This document shows, in pieces, positions 60,852 through 64,000 of a DNA stretch of 64,000 nt. The notes beneath the pieces were generated by a model. That model did no database searches and was not told the origin of the DNA. It worked only from the letters and a program-made list of their open reading frames with translations. The translations under genes were made by a program, and so were the position numbers. How positions within the stretch are numbered: the first letter of the stretch is position 1; the number at the start of each line of letters is the position of its first letter. Origin of the DNA: a bacterium (GTDB taxonomy: Bacteria; UBA8248); contig OZ253442.1 in the NCBI GenBank assembly GCA_965261085.1, forward strand, positions 3,552,001 through 3,616,000. The letters run 5' to 3'.

Positions 60852-62255
60852 TTAAGTGGATTCGCGCGCTGATTTCAAACCCCGACCGCCCATCAATCCC
60901 CGGATATTCCCGCTCCGCGCCCACAGGAAAAACCACCCGAGCAGGAGCGCGCCGCTTAAAATCTGACCCCCGCTCACCGCCCACCAGACGCCGCTTGCGC
61001 CCACGGCGAAGCCGAAAGACAGGAGATAGGCGGCGGGAAGCTGAACGCCCCAGCGGACGACGCCCTCCACCATCATGGGTGGCTTCGAGCGCGAAGCGCC
61101 CTGGAACGCGCCCGCCATCACCCGGCGGATAGACTCCATCAATAGACCGGCGCACAGGATTCTCAGCGCCATGACGCCCGTCGTGTCGTCCTTCATGCCG
61201 AAGAACGAGACGATCCCCTGCGCCCAGGCGAACATTACGAAGCTCACGACCGTCATCAGAATTACCAGGGCGGCAACAGAGAGCCACACCGTGCGGGCCA
61301 CGCGCTCCGGTCTCTCGGCGCCCATGTTCTGGCCCACCAGCGTGCGCACCGAACTTTGAAGCCCGAAGCTGGGCATCCGGGCGATCATCGTCACGCGGTT
61401 GCCGATGCTCCAGGCGGCCAGGGCGCTCGGTCCGAACGGCGAGAGCATCCGCACCATGAGCACGAGGGCGCTGCGCTCGAGCAGGTTCTGCGCAATCGCG
61501 GGCCACGCGAGGCGCGAGACGCGGGATATCTCGGAAGCGCGAGGGCGCAAATCCGCCCACCTCAGGCTGAGCCTGGATTTGCCCTTCACGATGAAGGTCA
61601 GCATCGTTAGGAAACCGCCCAGCCTCCCCACGCCTATTCCCAGGAAACTGCCCGCAAGCCCTAAGGCGGGAACAGGGCCGAAGCCGAACATAAGCAGGGG
61701 AATAAAAATCAGCGTCAAGACGGTGGAGGTGACGACGCCCGCGATGGTGATGCCGGGCTCGCCCGTTCCCCTCAGAATCTGGCCGATGACGAACATCGCC
61801 TCCGCGGCGAGCAGCACGGCGAAGCCCGCCCGGATGTAGACGACCCCCAGGGCGGCCAACCGGGGGTCGCGCGTCATGAGATCCATCATGAACGGGGCGA
61901 GTAAAATCCCCAGAAACGTGGCGATGAGGGAGAAGACGCCGACCAGAAAGATGGTCTGCCCGGCCATGATCGACGCGCCCTCGCCATCGCCAGCGCCCAC
62001 GCGCTGGGCCACGAGCGCCTGGCCTGCGATTCTCAGCCCGAAAGGGGCCGAGCGAATGAACAACAAGGTAATAAAGCCCAAAGACGCGGCGGCGAGGAAC
62101 TCGGGCCCCATCTGGCCGAGCCAGTAAATCTCAAAGATGCCGTCGAGATTGCGCAGGATGCGCTCACCGCAAATGGGAACCGATAGGCGCGTGAGCGCCC
62201 AGCCGATCGAACCCTGGGTGTAATCATACCCGCGCGTACTCTTGGAGTGACTCAG
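60852..62255 (-). CDS. MATE family efflux transporter (probable CTG start)
   Basis: In-frame N-terminal DYTQGSI..AL.RLSVP MATE motif upstream of ATG 62111; GAGGTG SD before CTG 62255; multiple TM segments, GQNMGA. Confidence 0.85.
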   Translation of the reverse strand: MSHSKSTRGYDYTQGSIGWALTRLSVPICGERILRNLDGIFEIYWLGQMGPEFLAAASLGFITLLFIRSAPFGLRIAGQALVAQRVGAGDGEGASIMAGQTIFLVGVFSLIATFLGILLAPFMMDLMTRDPRLAALGVVYIRAGFAVLLAAEAMFVIGQILRGTGEPGITIAGVVTSTVLTLIFIPLLMFGFGPVPALGLAGSFLGIGVGRLGGFLTMLTFIVKGKSRLSLRWADLRPRASEISRVSRLAWPAIAQNLLERSALVLMVRMLSPFGPSALAAWSIGNRVTMIARMPSFGLQSSVRTLVGQNMGAERPERVARTVWLSVAALVILMTVVSFVMFAWAQGIVSFFGMKDDTTGVMALRILCAGLLMESIRRVMAGAFQGASRSKPPMMVEGVVRWGVQLPAAYLLSFGFAVGASGVWWAVSGGQILSGALLLGWFFLWARSGNIRGLMGGRGLKSAREST

Positions 62256-62347
62256 AAGCGCACCTCGACTCTGGTGGAGATACCGGAAAGCGACGCTTCC
62301 ATGATACGCTAGAAGCCCCTGATACGTTAAGCAAGAAAGAGGATTCG

Positions 62348-63616
62348 ATGCCGCACCCAGACTTTGCGCGCTGCGCGCGCCACCTCACCGCAGACGCCGT
62401 GCGCGAACTCCTGAGCGAGATGGTGGACATCCCCAGCCCCACGGGCGGTGAGGCGGATATGGCGCGCTATATGGTGGAGCGCATGGGGCGCGCAGGCCTT
62501 AAAACCCGGCTTCAGGAGGTCGACCCCGGAAGGCCGAACGCCATCGGCGCGAGAGAAGGCGCGGGCGACGGCCTGAATCTCCTGTTCACCGGCCACATGG
62601 ACACCTCTTATGACGGCGATGAGGACTACCTGACCGGCGAGGGCTTCAAGCCCAAAGCGGTCTACCGCGGCGGCTGGGTGTGGGGCTTGGGCGCCAACAA
62701 CATGAAGAGCGGACTTGCGGGCGCGCTGGCGGCGATCGAGGCCATCTGCCGCGAGGATATCGCCTTGCGCGGGGACATCTCGCTCGCAGGCGTGGTGGGC
62801 GAGATAGAAAAAGCGCCTATCGAGGAATTCTCAGGCGCATCCTACTCAGGCTACGGGACGGGCACGCGCCACCTCATACTGCATGGCGAGACGGCGGATT
62901 GCGCCATCCTGGCGGAGCCGACGGGGCTTAAAGTCTCGAATGCGAACATGGGCGTCGTGTGGGCGAAAATCACCACCACAGGCACGATGAGCCACAGCGT
63001 GTTCTCGAACCGCCCGGGGGTCGTGAACGCAGTGCGCGCCATCCACGAGATACAAACCGCCCTAGAGCGCTGGATACCCGATTACGAAGCCAGACATTCC
63101 TGCATGGGAGAACACCCCAACGTGACGATAGCCGCCGTCCGGGGCGGCTGGCCCTGGCGGCTTTCCAGAAACCCCGCCGAGGCGAGCCTGTATCTGGACA
63201 TCCGCACCGTGCCGGGCCAAAACACGGAGGACATCAAGCGCGAACTGCGCGGCGTGCTCGATGAAACGGCGGAAGAAGCCGGACGTGCCGCGCTCTCGTT
63301 CTACGTGAACGACCCGCCCACCCTGCTCGATGAGGACGCCCCGCTCGTACAGGCGGCGCTTACCGCGCACGAAGAGGTTACGGGCGAGGCTTCGAGGCCC
63401 GTCATCAGGAGACCCGCGGCCGATTCCACGCATTTCAACCACTACGGCATCCCGTGCGTCTGCTATGGCCCCGGCGGGCGGATGCACCCCGAAGCCGAAA
63501 AGAAAGGTCTGATGCACGCCGTGGGCGAGCACGTGCTCATCGAGGACGTAGTGACGGCGGCGAAAGTCTATCTCGCCGCCGCGCTCGCAATTTGTAGCCA
63601 AAAAGCCGTTTCATAA
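62348..63616 (+). CDS. M20 family metallopeptidase / acetylornithine deacetylase-like
   Basis: IPSPTG.E, GHMDT, WGLGANNMKSG, EPT, YGPG, H..GEHV. Confidence 0.88.
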   Translation: MPHPDFARCARHLTADAVRELLSEMVDIPSPTGGEADMARYMVERMGRAGLKTRLQEVDPGRPNAIGAREGAGDGLNLLFTGHMDTSYDGDEDYLTGEGFKPKAVYRGGWVWGLGANNMKSGLAGALAAIEAICREDIALRGDISLAGVVGEIEKAPIEEFSGASYSGYGTGTRHLILHGETADCAILAEPTGLKVSNANMGVVWAKITTTGTMSHSVFSNRPGVVNAVRAIHEIQTALERWIPDYEARHSCMGEHPNVTIAAVRGGWPWRLSRNPAEASLYLDIRTVPGQNTEDIKRELRGVLDETAEEAGRAALSFYVNDPPTLLDEDAPLVQAALTAHEEVTGEASRPVIRRPAADSTHFNHYGIPCVCYGPGGRMHPEAEKKGLMHAVGEHVLIEDVVTAAKVYLAAALAICSQKAVS

Positions 63617-63708
63617 GGCTCTAAAAAGTAAAACATCATAAATAGGAGAGCGCGCGGACACTCCCGCCTCACCGCGAGCCGGATTCATAAACCAGAAAGG
63701 AAATTTAT

Positions 63709-64000
63709 ATGGATTTCGAACTGAATGAAGAGCAAAAGAGCCTGCAGTTACTCGCGCGAAAATTCGCAATGGAGGAGATGCTGCCCGTAGTCGCGGAACT
63801 CGAAAAACGACCCGACGGGGAGGACAAGTTCGCCTACGATATGGTGAAGCGCGGCGCCTCGCTCGGGTTTCACTCCCTCGCGGTGCCGAAGGAATACGAG
63901 GGCGACGGAGCCAGCGTACTTACCCAGTGCGTCGTGATGAGCGAACTCTCCGCCGGCTCGCCCGCCGTCTCCAAGGTGTTCAGCCACAACTGGAAGGCGA
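63709..64000 (+). CDS. acyl-CoA dehydrogenase, partial (runs off the window)
   Basis: AAGGA SD; MDFELNEEQ..L...ARKFA..E..P...VPKEYEG.G; resembles the N-terminus of 9287-10438. Confidence 0.85.
   Translation, partial: MDFELNEEQKSLQLLARKFAMEEMLPVVAELEKRPDGEDKFAYDMVKRGASLGFHSLAVPKEYEGDGASVLTQCVVMSELSAGSPAVSKVFSHNWKA

Overview
A 64-kb chromosomal window from a GC-rich Gram-negative bacterium. The coaE/DUF507 pair, trpS-ileS-lspA-rluD order and many REP-like palindromes suggest a deep-branching lineage such as Nitrospinota/Tectomicrobia or a delta-like group (inference only). Housekeeping content: coaE, tRNA-Gly(CCC), gcvTHP plus a lipoate/octanoyl transferase, a beta-oxidation trio, trpS-ileS-lspA-rluD and aceEF. 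There is also a catabolic hydrolase/oxidoreductase cluster and two branched-chain-type ABC transporters. Most notable: (1) a selenoprotein missed by the ORF track, a UxxC glutaredoxin fused to a DinB domain (44139-44891, in-frame TGA plus SECIS-like hairpin); (2) three integrase-free 1-2 kb gene cassettes bounded by direct repeats and REP palindromes, two of which duplicate a neighbouring gene's 3' end, carrying a DUF3187 gene, an ATPase + DUF4276 pair and a Zn-ribbon-HEPN gene; (3) an AbiF/Abi_2 HEPN toxin gene with a promoter-driven hairpin RNA in front (candidate RNA antitoxin); (4) a frameshifted WYL regulator; (5) an AT-rich, helically phased repeat block upstream of aceE. All family calls come from motif recognition by eye; no database searches were run.
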